From Fimbriimonas sp. (GTDB lineage: Bacteria; Armatimonadota; Fimbriimonadia; Fimbriimonadales; Fimbriimonadaceae): a stretch of 64,000 bases of DNA. Position 1 is the first letter of the stretch. Every line of letters starts with the position of its first letter. Below are positions 40,335 through 48,130 of this stretch, piece after piece. Below the pieces are notes generated by a model, which searched no databases, was not told where the DNA came from, and worked only from the letters and a program-made list of their open reading frames with translations. Made by a program: the position numbers and the translations under genes. The DNA is taken from contig CBDFMD010000003.1 in NCBI GenBank assembly GCA_965249475.1, positions 1,868,561-1,932,560 on the forward strand, given 5' to 3'.

Positions 40335-40363
40335 GGGGTCGCGGCGCTCGGTAGACTCGCGCG

Positions 40364-41244
40364 GTGAAACTGCGGCATCTCGCGACGACGGCGGCTTGGG
40401 GCGTGGGGGCGATCGGGGGGGCGATGCTCGTGTACGGGGCGCTCGTGGAGTCGAAGCGGCTGGTGAAGGAGGAGTTCACGTTGCCGCTCGCCGGGTGGCC
40501 GGAGGGGCTCCGGGGGTACCGGATCGCGGTGCTGGGGGATTTCCACCTGCGGGACGAGCCCTCGATCGAGCTCGCCCAGCGGGCGGTGGCGATGGCGCTC
40601 GACGCGGACCCCGATATCGTGGTGCTTCCGGGGGATCTCATCGCGCGGTGGAAGACGCTCACGCCGTGGATGCTGGGCGCGGTGCTGGAGCCTCTCCTCA
40701 CGATGGACGGCTCGTGCGTGGCGGTGCCGGGGAACCACGAGTACCACGGGGGGACGGCGGACCTGTTGGCGGACGTGCTGGAGGAGTTCGACATCCGGCT
40801 TCTTCGGAACGAGACGTGGCGCCACGACGGGATCCTATGGACGGGCGTGGACTCATTCAACGCGCGGGAGTCGGACGTGGCGCGGGCGTTCTCGGAAGGC
40901 GACGGAGGGAAGGACGAGCCGCGGATCGTCGTCTGGCACGAGCCGGACACGGTGGATCTGTTGCCCTCGGGGGCGGCGCTCCAGATCTCGGGTCACTCGC
41001 ACGGGGGGCAGTTCCGGTTTCCGGGCGGCTTCGTGCCGATGAAGAGCCAGAACGGGACGCGTTATCTCGACGGGTTCTACCCCGAGGCGGCGACGCCGCT
41101 CTTCGTGACGCGGGGGGTCGGGACGACAGGGCCGCCGAGCCGGTTCCTGTGCCCGCCGCAGGTCGCGGTGCTGGAGATCGTGCCGGCGGCGGGGCCGGTG
41201 CCCTTCGATGAGGCGACGCCGGCGGCGGTACTCTCGACGCGCGC

Positions 41245-41254
<10 letters not shown>
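40364..41254 (+). CDS. Membrane-anchored metallophosphoesterase (YkuE/YaeI-like)
   Basis: GTG start. IAVLGDFHL, VLPGDLI, VPGNHEY, SGHSHGGQ. The last 10 nt overlap tRNA-Arg. Confidence 0.8.
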
Positions 41255-41317
<63 letters not shown>

Positions 41318-41355
41318 CCCTCTTCATCACCCCCCTTCTAGGTTCCTTCGGGGCT

Positions 41356-42516
41356 TTAGGAAGGGGTTCCCGTCCCCGTGGACGCGGCGGCGCCGAGGGG
41401 GTCCGCATACTCGGACGTCATACCGGCGCTCCGGAGCGCCGAGATCTGGCGCCCCTCGCTCACCCCGATGTACACCTGCTTCGTGAGCTCGATGTTCGCG
41501 TGCCCCGCCCAGAGCTTGAGCACCGTGTCGGGGATCCCCCGGTCGGCCCAGCGGGTGAGGGCGAACTTCCGGAGCCCGTGCATGCTCATCCCGCGCGGGC
41601 GCACGCCCCTCCACAGGCGCTTCCACTCGCGCTCGAGCGCGTCGTAGGTCGGGGGCGGGTCGGCCTCCGCCCGGTCCCACTCCCACAGGAGCGCGAGGGG
41701 GAGGGGGACGTCGCGGGGGGCGGCCTCGGTCTTCGTCCCGCGCACGGCGAGCCAGGCGACCCCGCGCGAGGTGCGGACGTCGGCGCGGCGGGCGGCGGCC
41801 GCCTCGCTCGGGCGCAGGCCGCACTCGCCCATGAGCCGGAGCGCGACGGCGAGCCCTAAAATCGGCGATTTGTCGTTTGGTCGCTCCGAGCGGTGCCGGA
41901 AGCCCTCGGCGCGCGCCTTCATGATCATCCACCGGTACGCCCCCGGCGTGATCCGCGGGCGGCGCCGGGGCTTGGCGCTCACCGGGAGCGGGACCTCGCG
42001 GGCGGGGTTCGCCGTCAGGAGGCCCTTGCGGACGGCGAAGGAGAGGAGGGCGGAGAGGTTCGTGCGGTGGAGCTGCACCGTGCGCCCCGAGACGACGCCG
42101 CCGGCTCCCCCCGCGCCCTTCGCCTCTCCCTTCGGGAGGACGCCCGACCGCTTCCTCGGCATGAGGGAGATGCGATGGAGGAAGGCGTCGATCGCGGGGG
42201 CGTCGAGGCGGTCCACGGGGCGGGTCCCGAACTCGCGCCCGATCTCCTTCCAGGTCCAGCGGTGGTTGTCGCGGGTGCTCTCCGACTTGCGGGCGAGGTG
42301 CTCGAGCTCGAAGCGGGCGAAGACGTCGGCGAGGGTCGTCTTCTGCCGGCCGCGGCGCCCGTGCCTCGCGAGGTAGGCGCGGCGGGCCTCGATCATCTCG
42401 CCCTGGGTCGCGCGCACGATCCACTCGCGGCGCTTCGTGCCGTCGGGGAGCGTGACGGTGACGCAGGTCTGCCACTGGCCGTCCGCGCGCTTCGTCCCGG
42501 ATCCGGCGGACCTCAT
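41356..42516 (-). CDS. int: Tyrosine-type site-specific integrase
   Basis: 386 aa. LGLAVALRLMGECGLRPSEAAAARRADV (Arg box), MHGLRKFALTRWADRGIP...WAGHANIELTKQVYIGV (H-x-x-R ... H ... Y catalytic signature). Confidence 0.92.
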   Translation of the reverse strand: MRSAGSGTKRADGQWQTCVTVTLPDGTKRREWIVRATQGEMIEARRAYLARHGRRGRQKTTLADVFARFELEHLARKSESTRDNHRWTWKEIGREFGTRPVDRLDAPAIDAFLHRISLMPRKRSGVLPKGEAKGAGGAGGVVSGRTVQLHRTNLSALLSFAVRKGLLTANPAREVPLPVSAKPRRRPRITPGAYRWMIMKARAEGFRHRSERPNDKSPILGLAVALRLMGECGLRPSEAAAARRADVRTSRGVAWLAVRGTKTEAAPRDVPLPLALLWEWDRAEADPPPTYDALEREWKRLWRGVRPRGMSMHGLRKFALTRWADRGIPDTVLKLWAGHANIELTKQVYIGVSEGRQISALRSAGMTSEYADPLGAAASTGTGTPS

Positions 42517-42571
42517 AGGAGAATGGGTTTACCCCCGATCCGGCAGGACCGGGGGACGGGCGTCTACCTAG

Positions 42572-43123
42572 TCAGGGCGCGACTTCGCTCTTCGGATCGT
42601 TGAAGACGACGCCCTTGATCGCCCACATCGCGGCCTGCTCGAGGTTCGTGATCGCGAGCGACCGCTCGCGGTTGTGGTCGGCGTGGGTCTCGACGGCGGC
42701 CTTGCAAAGCGAGAACGCCTCGCGGAGCGCGGTGATCCTCGCGAGCCCGTCCTCGCTCGGCTTGTGGTACGCGAACGGCTTGTCGATGTGCCCGGTCGCC
42801 GCGGGGCGGGACGTGGAACCGGCGTCCGGATCGGTCGCCGCGTCCGGTGTGGGGACGGCGTCGTAGGTCGCCTCGAAGACGTCCGGCTTGCACGGGTAGA
42901 ACTCGCCCTTGATCCCCTTGATGATGTAGTCGCCCACGCTCGCGGTCATGGTGCCTTCGAGGGTCGTGACGAGGAGCTCGACCGGGCCGCCGTCTTTTTG
43001 GCCGTAAAGGCACTCGCCGCCGTTGTCGCGGATCCATTCCGCGATCTCGGGGGCGACGAGGTATTGGACGAAGTGCATCGCCTCGACGACGATCGGTTTC
43101 TTTCGATAGGGCTGGGGGCTCAC
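42572..43123 (-). CDS. Two-domain phage protein: N-terminal small beta-domain (GDYIIKG motif) plus C-terminal helical hairpin (NLEQAAMWA motif)
   Basis: GTG at 43123 in a GTGA overlap with the upstream gene. VSPQPYRKKPIVVEAMHFVQY...VGDYIIKGIKGEFYPCKPDVFEATYD... then ...KPFAYHKPSEDGLARITALREAFSLCKAAVETHADHNRERSLAITNLEQAAMWAIKGVVF. Confidence 0.65.
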   Translation of the reverse strand: MSPQPYRKKPIVVEAMHFVQYLVAPEIAEWIRDNGGECLYGQKDGGPVELLVTTLEGTMTASVGDYIIKGIKGEFYPCKPDVFEATYDAVPTPDAATDPDAGSTSRPAATGHIDKPFAYHKPSEDGLARITALREAFSLCKAAVETHADHNRERSLAITNLEQAAMWAIKGVVFNDPKSEVAP

Positions 43124-43338
43124 TTGCGGGGGAGGGGAGCCTGGCCCTGGGTCGGATGGGTGATCGCCTTGTTCGCCCACATCGCCGCCTGTTCGAGGTT
43201 CGTGACGGCGAGAGCGCGCTCGCGCCCGTTGTCGATGGTGAGGATCGCGTCGGCGAGGGTCTTCGCCGCCTCCCGAATCTCGGCCATCTTCTCGATCATC
43301 TCGGGGGTAGGCGCGTTGTTGTAGTCGAAGGGGTTCAT
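43120..43338 (-). CDS. Small phage protein consisting only of the NLEQAAMWA helical-hairpin domain
   Basis: 72 aa: MNPFDYNNAPTPEMIEKMAEIREAAKTLADAILTIDNGRERALAVTNLEQAAMWANKAITHP... Paralogous to the C-terminal domain of the downstream gene. Confidence 0.7.
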   Translation of the reverse strand: MNPFDYNNAPTPEMIEKMAEIREAAKTLADAILTIDNGRERALAVTNLEQAAMWANKAITHPTQGQAPLPRK

Positions 43339-43389
43339 GTGGTTCGGGGGTCGGGTCCCTTTCGGGATCGGGGGCGAGGGGAGGGAAGG

Positions 43390-43608
43390 CTAGGCGGCGT
43401 CGCGGGCGGGGAGGACGGCGTCGCGGCGGCGGGATTCGAGGTGGGCGTCGAGGTCCTCGCGCATCCAGTAGCGCTCGCCGCGGGGGACGTGCTGGATGCA
43501 GGGGAGGTTCAGGCGGCGGAAGTAGTCCTCGGAGACGTCGAGGTAGGCCGCGGCGGTGGCCGCGCGCATGGACGCGGGCCAACGCTCGGCGGAAGCGGCG
43601 CGGACCAT
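43390..43608 (-). CDS. xis: Excisionase-type helix-turn-helix DNA-binding protein
   Basis: MRAATAAAYLDVSEDYFRRLNLPCIQHVPRGERYWMREDLDAHLE fits the excisionase/MerR-like HTH_17 pattern. Start is at 43608 or 43569. Confidence 0.7.
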   Translation of the reverse strand: MVRAASAERWPASMRAATAAAYLDVSEDYFRRLNLPCIQHVPRGERYWMREDLDAHLESRRRDAVLPARDAA

Positions 43609-43610
43609 CC

Positions 43611-43835
43611 TTAGCCTTCCTCCTCGCCGCACTCCTCGTACACGGCGAGGCGGAAGAGGCCGAGGCCCCGGACCCAGGCCGATCCCGCGTCGGGCGCGCC
43701 GCCGGCTGGGACGAGCTTCGGGGCGTCGCCGTCCATGAAGAACGTCCCGTCCGGGAGGCGGGCGTAGTAGCTGACGAAGCGGGCGCGGACCTCTTCGCCC
43801 GACTCGTCCGTGAGGAGGACCGCCTCGGCGCTCAC
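43611..43835 (-). CDS. Hypothetical phage early protein (74 aa, acidic C-terminus)
   Basis: GTG at 43835 in a GTGA overlap. VSAEAVLLTDESGEEVRARFVSYYARLPDGTFFMDGDAPKLVPAG...AVYEECGEEEG. Confidence 0.5.
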   Translation of the reverse strand: MSAEAVLLTDESGEEVRARFVSYYARLPDGTFFMDGDAPKLVPAGGAPDAGSAWVRGLGLFRLAVYEECGEEEG

Positions 43836-44476
43836 GCGAGCTCCCTCCGGGCCTCTTCGATCGCGAGGTTGAGCTCGACCATCGCCGCGTGCGACCCGGG
43901 GCCGTCGCTCGCGTCCGGGTGGAGGATCTTCGCGAGCTCGCGGTAGCGCCGCTCGGCGTCCTCGAGCGTCTTCGGGTCGGCGAGGACGTCGCGCCACGTG
44001 CGCGCGTAGAGGCCGGCCTGGCCCGGAGAGGACGGGGGCGGGAGCTCGGCGTGGCGCATGAGGTCCTCGAGGGTCGCGACGCCGTGGCGCACCGTCGCGC
44101 GCTGGCTCCACAGGTGGGCGGCGAGGGCGGCGACGTTCTGGGCGAGCTCGGTGTACGCGTCCGCCGGCAGGACGTAGGGGCGCCCGCGGTGCGCGAAGGC
44201 GAGGACGGCGCCGGGATCGCCGCCGAGGGGGACGTCGGCGCGCGAGACGTTGCCCGCGCGGGTCGCGGCGAAGTCGGCGCGGAGCTGCGCCTCCTGTCGG
44301 GTCGGCGTGGACCACATCTCGAGCTCGGCCTCGAGACGACCGAGCGCCTCGTCGAGCGAGATCCGGCGCGAGGGCTGGCGGCGCCTCGCCTCCACCGAGA
44401 AGGGGCCGGGTTTGCGTGCGTGGAAGGCGCGGCGGGGGACGCCCGCGGGCCACAGGAGGGGGCGGAGGAGGATCAT
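43832..44476 (-). CDS. Phage J-domain (DnaJ-like) protein
   Basis: ATG at 44476 in an ATGA overlap. The C-terminus TLEDAERRYRELAKILHPDASDGPGSHAAMVELNLAIEEARREL contains the HPD tripeptide of J domains. Confidence 0.7.
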   Translation of the reverse strand: MILLRPLLWPAGVPRRAFHARKPGPFSVEARRRQPSRRISLDEALGRLEAELEMWSTPTRQEAQLRADFAATRAGNVSRADVPLGGDPGAVLAFAHRGRPYVLPADAYTELAQNVAALAAHLWSQRATVRHGVATLEDLMRHAELPPPSSPGQAGLYARTWRDVLADPKTLEDAERRYRELAKILHPDASDGPGSHAAMVELNLAIEEARRELA

Positions 44477-44766
44477 GCGAAGAGCCCTCCGAGCCGCTCG
44501 TCGCGCGCGCGCTCCGGATCGCGCTCGCGGTAGATCGCGATCGCCTGGCCGTCCGCCTTGTCCACGACGACGGCGGTCCGGCCCTCGGTCGAAGGGCCGA
44601 AGGGATCGCCGACGTAGATCTCGACGAACGCGTCCACGGCGTCCACCCGGGCGCTCCCTTCGGGCACCCGCGAGAGCGCGTCGAGCGCGACGTGCCGCCA
44701 GTCGATCCCCGCGCCGGGAACGTCCTCGGCGACGGCGGTCACGGCCCATCTCGCGGCGCCTGGCAT
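44473..44766 (-). CDS. Hypothetical phage early protein (97 aa)
   Basis: ATG at 44766. Coding-like composition. Chained to its neighbours by overlapping stop and start codons. Confidence 0.5.
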   Translation of the reverse strand: MPGAARWAVTAVAEDVPGAGIDWRHVALDALSRVPEGSARVDAVDAFVEIYVGDPFGPSTEGRTAVVVDKADGQAIAIYRERDPERARDERLGGLFA

Positions 44767-45233
44767 CACCGCTCCTCCCGCGCCGAGACGATCGCCCGCG
44801 CCGGGCTCGCGGTCCAGTCCTTCATCCTCGCGGCGCCGTACACCGAGAGCGCGAGGAGAAGGGTCGCGAGCATGACGACGAGGGCCGAGGCGAGGGGGCC
44901 GGGGCCCTCGCCCTCTTCGTCGATCGGGGCGCGGGAGGCGAGGAGGACCATGCCGGCGGCGTCGTTGCAGGCGACCACGGCGTAGACCCCCTCCTGGCCG
45001 AGGGCGGCCAGGGCCTCGGCGATCGCGCGCTCGGGGAGGGCGTGGCGGCAACGGACGCGCAGGACGCCCGCGCCGCCTTCTTCGCGCTCGCCCGCCCACA
45101 TCCCGATCGAGGAGCGCTCGGCGCCGGCGAGGAGGGCGCGGGCGACGCGGACCGCCGGGTGGGGGACGGCGGCGTAGCGGGCGCCGTCGATCGCGGCGAC
45201 GAGGGAGGGGGCCGGAGCGGGGGAGGGGGTCAC
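44766..45233 (-). CDS. Hypothetical phage early protein with C-terminal TM helix (155 aa)
   Basis: GTG at 45233 in a GTGA overlap. ...GPLASALVVMLATLLLALSVYGAARM is a TM segment. Confidence 0.5.
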   Translation of the reverse strand: MTPSPAPAPSLVAAIDGARYAAVPHPAVRVARALLAGAERSSIGMWAGEREEGGAGVLRVRCRHALPERAIAEALAALGQEGVYAVVACNDAAGMVLLASRAPIDEEGEGPGPLASALVVMLATLLLALSVYGAARMKDWTASPARAIVSAREER

Positions 45234-45577
45234 GCCGCGCCTCTCTTCGGGCGGCCGCGGCGGGTGTCGTTCGCGGCCATCGTCGCGGCGCACTTGGCCC
45301 GGCGCTCCTCGGCCCTGCGCCCGAGATCGGCGAGGCGGAGGAGCTCGGCGTGCTCGGGGACGGAGAGGCGCACGAAGGTCGCGGCGCGGATCTCCTCGAT
45401 CCGGCGCCGGGCCGCGCGCTCGATCTTCGCGATCTCGCGCTCGGAGGCGTCCTGGTCGTACTCGGAGGGCTTCGCGGCGTCCTTCTCGGCCTTCATCTTC
45501 GCGAGCTCCTCGTCCTGCTCCCGGCGCAGGACGTCGGCGGAGGGGATCCGGTCGAGCATGTCGTGGACGTCGCTCAT
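45230..45577 (-). CDS. Hypothetical phage early protein, charged coiled-coil (115 aa)
   Basis: ATG at 45577. MSDVHDMLDRIPSADVLRREQDEELAKMKAEKDAAKPSEYDQDASEREIAKIERAARRRIEEIR... Confidence 0.5.
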   Translation of the reverse strand: MSDVHDMLDRIPSADVLRREQDEELAKMKAEKDAAKPSEYDQDASEREIAKIERAARRRIEEIRAATFVRLSVPEHAELLRLADLGRRAEERRAKCAATMAANDTRRGRPKRGAA

Positions 45578-45588
45578 GCGGGGGACGC

Positions 45589-46200
45589 TCACGAGGCCCC
45601 TCCCGCGAGAAGGCGCTCGGCGGTCGCCTTGAGGGTGCGGGCGAGGACGGCGGCGAGGTCGCGCTCGATCTCCAGGAGACGCATCCATTCGGCGTCCTCG
45701 AAGCACAGCGCCGACCCGTCGCGCCCGAGCGCCTCGGCGCGGCGGCGGAGATCGGCCTCGGCCTCCCCGGCGGCGCGGCGGGCGAGGGCGAGGTCCGGAT
45801 CCGAGTCGCCCGCGGCGAGGGCGAGGACGCTCCCGCCCTCGCCCTCGCCGGCGAGGGTCCAGCCGCCCCCGCTCGCGGCGGACTCCCAGACGGCGGTCTT
45901 CGCGGCGGTCGCGACGTTCGTCCTCCACGCCTCGGCGCGCAGGGAGCGGGGCGAGATCCGCACGGCGACGGGCTCGCCGTCCCGGAACGCCCATGCGGAC
46001 GCGAGGTCCACGGTGGGAGCGAGGAGGATCCCGTTCGGGGCGTCGAGGTCGAGGGCGACCGCGCCACCGGAGCGCAGGAGGGTCGCGGCCTGCTCCTTCG
46101 CGGCGGCGAAGACCTCGGCGAGGCGGTCGGCCTTCGGGGCCTCGCGGGGGGCGGGGGCGTCCACCGAGAGGGTGATCCGGCGCTCGGCGCGGTCGCTCAC
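45589..46200 (-). CDS. Hypothetical phage early protein (203 aa)
   Basis: GTG at 46200 in a GTGA overlap. No recognisable motif. Confidence 0.5.
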   Translation of the reverse strand: MSDRAERRITLSVDAPAPREAPKADRLAEVFAAAKEQAATLLRSGGAVALDLDAPNGILLAPTVDLASAWAFRDGEPVAVRISPRSLRAEAWRTNVATAAKTAVWESAASGGGWTLAGEGEGGSVLALAAGDSDPDLALARRAAGEAEADLRRRAEALGRDGSALCFEDAEWMRLLEIERDLAAVLARTLKATAERLLAGGAS

Positions 46201-46376
46201 AGCGTCCTCCCGTGGCGGGGTTCGGCCATGATGCGGGCGAGGGCGACGGCGAGCGAGAGGCAGAACGTCTCGCCGCGGGCGGCCTGCGGGGTGTCGAGCG
46301 GGCGGGCGCGGCCCGCGAGCTTCGGAAGGGGAGGGCGGCGCGTCTCGACGGCGGCCGGGAGGGGGGTGGTCTGCAT
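46197..46376 (-). CDS. Hypothetical first gene of the early-left operon (59 aa)
   Basis: The ATG at 46376 (MQTTPLPAAVETRRPPLP...) is preferred. The ATG at 46415 lies inside the predicted -10. Confidence 0.4.
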   Translation of the reverse strand: MQTTPLPAAVETRRPPLPKLAGRARPLDTPQAARGETFCLSLAVALARIMAEPRHGRTL

Positions 46377-46386
46377 GGATGTGCCT

Positions 46387-46404
46387 GGCGCGTTACAGCG
46401 CGCC
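46387..46404. promoter_or_regulatory. Palindromic operator candidate at the early-left transcription start
   Basis: GGCGCG-TTACAG-CGCGCC is a perfect 6-bp inverted repeat immediately downstream of the predicted -10. The GGCGCGTT half recurs at 47738-47745. Confidence 0.4.
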
Positions 46405-46410
46405 GTTGTC

Positions 46411-46440
46411 ACCATACCCGCACGTTGGCATCATGTCAAC
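46411..46440 (-). promoter_or_regulatory. Putative early-left promoter
   Basis: Minus strand: TTGACA (46440-46435), 18-nt spacer, TATGGT (46416-46411). Confidence 0.45.
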
Positions 46441-46496
46441 AAAGCGCCAAGAATGTTTAGCACCGTCCGGATCGGGACGCTCCGTAGACTCGGGCG

Positions 46497-47036
46497 GTGA
46501 AGCCGGCTCTCCTCGTCGCCGCCGCGATCGCGGCGCTCGCCCCCTGCCTCCTCCCCGCCCAAAGGTCCGGGAGGGTGCGCGGCTACGTGCGGCGGGACGG
46601 CAGCTACGTCGCGCCCTATCGCCGGACGATGCCGAACGCGACGCGTGTGGACAACTGGAGCTCGCGCGGGAACGTCAACCCTTACACCGGGGCGGTCGGC
46701 ACGAAGGACCCCTACGCGCCGACCTACCGCCCCTCGGCCTACCGGTCGCTCTACGGATCCGCGGCGCCCCCTCGCCGGACCGTCCCTCTGCTCGGGAAGC
46801 TCGGGCGGACGACGCGCCCGGCGACCATCTTCTCGCGCGCGGACGTCGGCGCGCCGGTCTACTACCAGGCGGGCGCCTCCGCCTACGTCATCGTCCCGGG
46901 CCGGATCGCGCCGCGCGGATGGTCGCGGGTGCTCATGTCGAACGGGATCGACGGCTTCGTCCAAACGGACGCGATCGTGGTGCTCCCCTACGACGTCGAG
47001 GCGCGGGGCGTCCCGACCGCCGTCGCCGCAAGGTAG
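46497..47036 (+). CDS. Prophage-encoded secreted protein (moron candidate)
   Basis: GTG start. Signal peptide MKPALLVAAAIAALAPCLLPAQ. The C-terminal part (ATIFSRADVGAPVYYQAGASAYVIVPGRIAPRGWSRVLMSNGIDGFVQTDAIVVL) looks SH3b-like. Confidence 0.55.
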   Translation: MKPALLVAAAIAALAPCLLPAQRSGRVRGYVRRDGSYVAPYRRTMPNATRVDNWSSRGNVNPYTGAVGTKDPYAPTYRPSAYRSLYGSAAPPRRTVPLLGKLGRTTRPATIFSRADVGAPVYYQAGASAYVIVPGRIAPRGWSRVLMSNGIDGFVQTDAIVVLPYDVEARGVPTAVAAR

Positions 47037-47756
47037 CTAGTCCTCGAGATCGTCGGGGGTGATGCCCTTGGCGACGTACCAGTGCCGCGGCCCGAGGCGG
47101 TAGTGGCGGGTGACGCCGACGAGCCGGGCGACCACGCCCCAGCCCTCCCCGTCCTCCGGCCCGGCGCTCTCGGGGTTCACGGGCGCGAGGCGCGGCTGGC
47201 CGGTGTCGTCGAAGACGAGCTGCTTCACCGTGCAGCCGTGGTCGCCCTTGCGCTGGGCGAGGACGATGACGCCGGGGCGCGGGGCGTGGTCGTGCTCCCA
47301 GACCGTCTCGTCCCCCTGCCGGAGCGCCGGGTAGCAGCTCGATCCGACGACGCGCCCGACGTAGCGCCGGGGGCCGACGAACTCGGGCTCGACCTCGATG
47401 GGCTCCTCTCCGTCGAGGGGCTCGCCCCAGGTCTCGGACGTCGGGACGTTGCCCGCGAAGGGAAGGGTGGGGCGCACGCGGGCGACGACCGGGCGGAGGT
47501 TCTCGGCGCCGGGCTGGAGGTCGCTCGGGAACAGCTCGCGGAGCCGGGCGGCGATCTCTTCGGGGATGGCGCCGCCCCCCTCGTAGTGGGTGACGCTCTG
47601 GCGCGAGACGAGGATCCTCTCGGCGAGATCTTCCTGCGAAAGCCCGTGCCTCGCGCGAAGGGCCCGGAGCCGACGTCCCTGCTCTCCTCCCCGATCCTGC
47701 GGCCCCGGCACGGGAAAAGGATGCGCCCTCGTACATTGGCGCGTTGACAACACCAT
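47037..47756 (-). CDS. CI/LexA-like phage repressor (XRE HTH plus S24 peptidase domain)
   Basis: GRRLRALRARHGLSQEDLAERILVSRQSVTHYEGG (HTH). VVGSSCYPALRQGDETV (Ser of the GDSM-like motif). CTVKQL (Lys). The ATG at 47756 is preferred over the track's TTG at 47792, which coincides with a -35 box. Confidence 0.8.
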   Translation of the reverse strand: MVLSTRQCTRAHPFPVPGPQDRGGEQGRRLRALRARHGLSQEDLAERILVSRQSVTHYEGGGAIPEEIAARLRELFPSDLQPGAENLRPVVARVRPTLPFAGNVPTSETWGEPLDGEEPIEVEPEFVGPRRYVGRVVGSSCYPALRQGDETVWEHDHAPRPGVIVLAQRKGDHGCTVKQLVFDDTGQPRLAPVNPESAGPEDGEGWGVVARLVGVTRHYRLGPRHWYVAKGITPDDLED

Positions 47757-47773
47757 GCAGGGGAGTGTATTGT
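47744..47773 (+). promoter_or_regulatory. Putative rightward early promoter (PR-like)
   Basis: TTGACA (47744-47749), 18-nt spacer, TATTGT (47768-47773). The Cro-like ATG is at 47786. Confidence 0.45.
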
Positions 47774-47792
47774 GTCTCTGGCACCATGCCAA
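47764..47792 (-). promoter_or_regulatory. Putative repressor-maintenance promoter (PRM-like) giving a leaderless repressor mRNA
   Basis: Minus strand: TTGGCA (47792-47787), 17-nt spacer, TACACT (47769-47764), then 7 nt to the ATG at 47756. Its -10 overlaps the PR-like -10. Confidence 0.4.
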
Positions 47793-48130
47793 CTGTGCTA
47801 ACTACCAGCCTTATGGAGAGTCCCGAGGATCTCCGCCGGCGCCGCGACGCGGCGATGGCGAAGATGCTCGCGGACACGGAGGGGCCGCGCAAGGACGCGG
47901 CCGAGACCGTCGCGCGCGCCTTCGGGGTGCATTGGCGCACGGTCTTCCGCGCCGCCCGGCGCGTCTCGGGCCCTCCCTCGGGCGAAGAAAAAACCCTCCC
48001 CGCTGTAACGGAAGAGGGTTTCTCGCCGCCTCCCGAAGGGGCGCCGGATGCCGTCGGGGCCTCCGGATCTTACCCCTTCCCCGACCCGCTCCCCCAGGAG
48101 AAGACCTCCCGGGGGGAGAGATCCGTATGA
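47786..48130 (+). CDS. Cro-like / early HTH regulator
   Basis: ATG at 47786 in ORF 47744..48130. ...DAAETVARAFGVHWRTVFRAARRV is a helix-turn-helix. Divergent from the repressor. Confidence 0.55.
   Translation: MPTVLTTSLMESPEDLRRRRDAAMAKMLADTEGPRKDAAETVARAFGVHWRTVFRAARRVSGPPSGEEKTLPAVTEEGFSPPPEGAPDAVGASGSYPFPDPLPQEKTSRGERSV

Noticed and set aside
47757-47792. TTG start at 47792 for the CI-like repressor, as implied by the ORF track
   Set aside because: - The TTG is part of a good -35 hexamer (TTGGCA).
- The extension (…AWCQRHNTLPC) would run across both promoters and overlap the Cro-like start.
- The ATG at 47756 is preferred, though still unproven.
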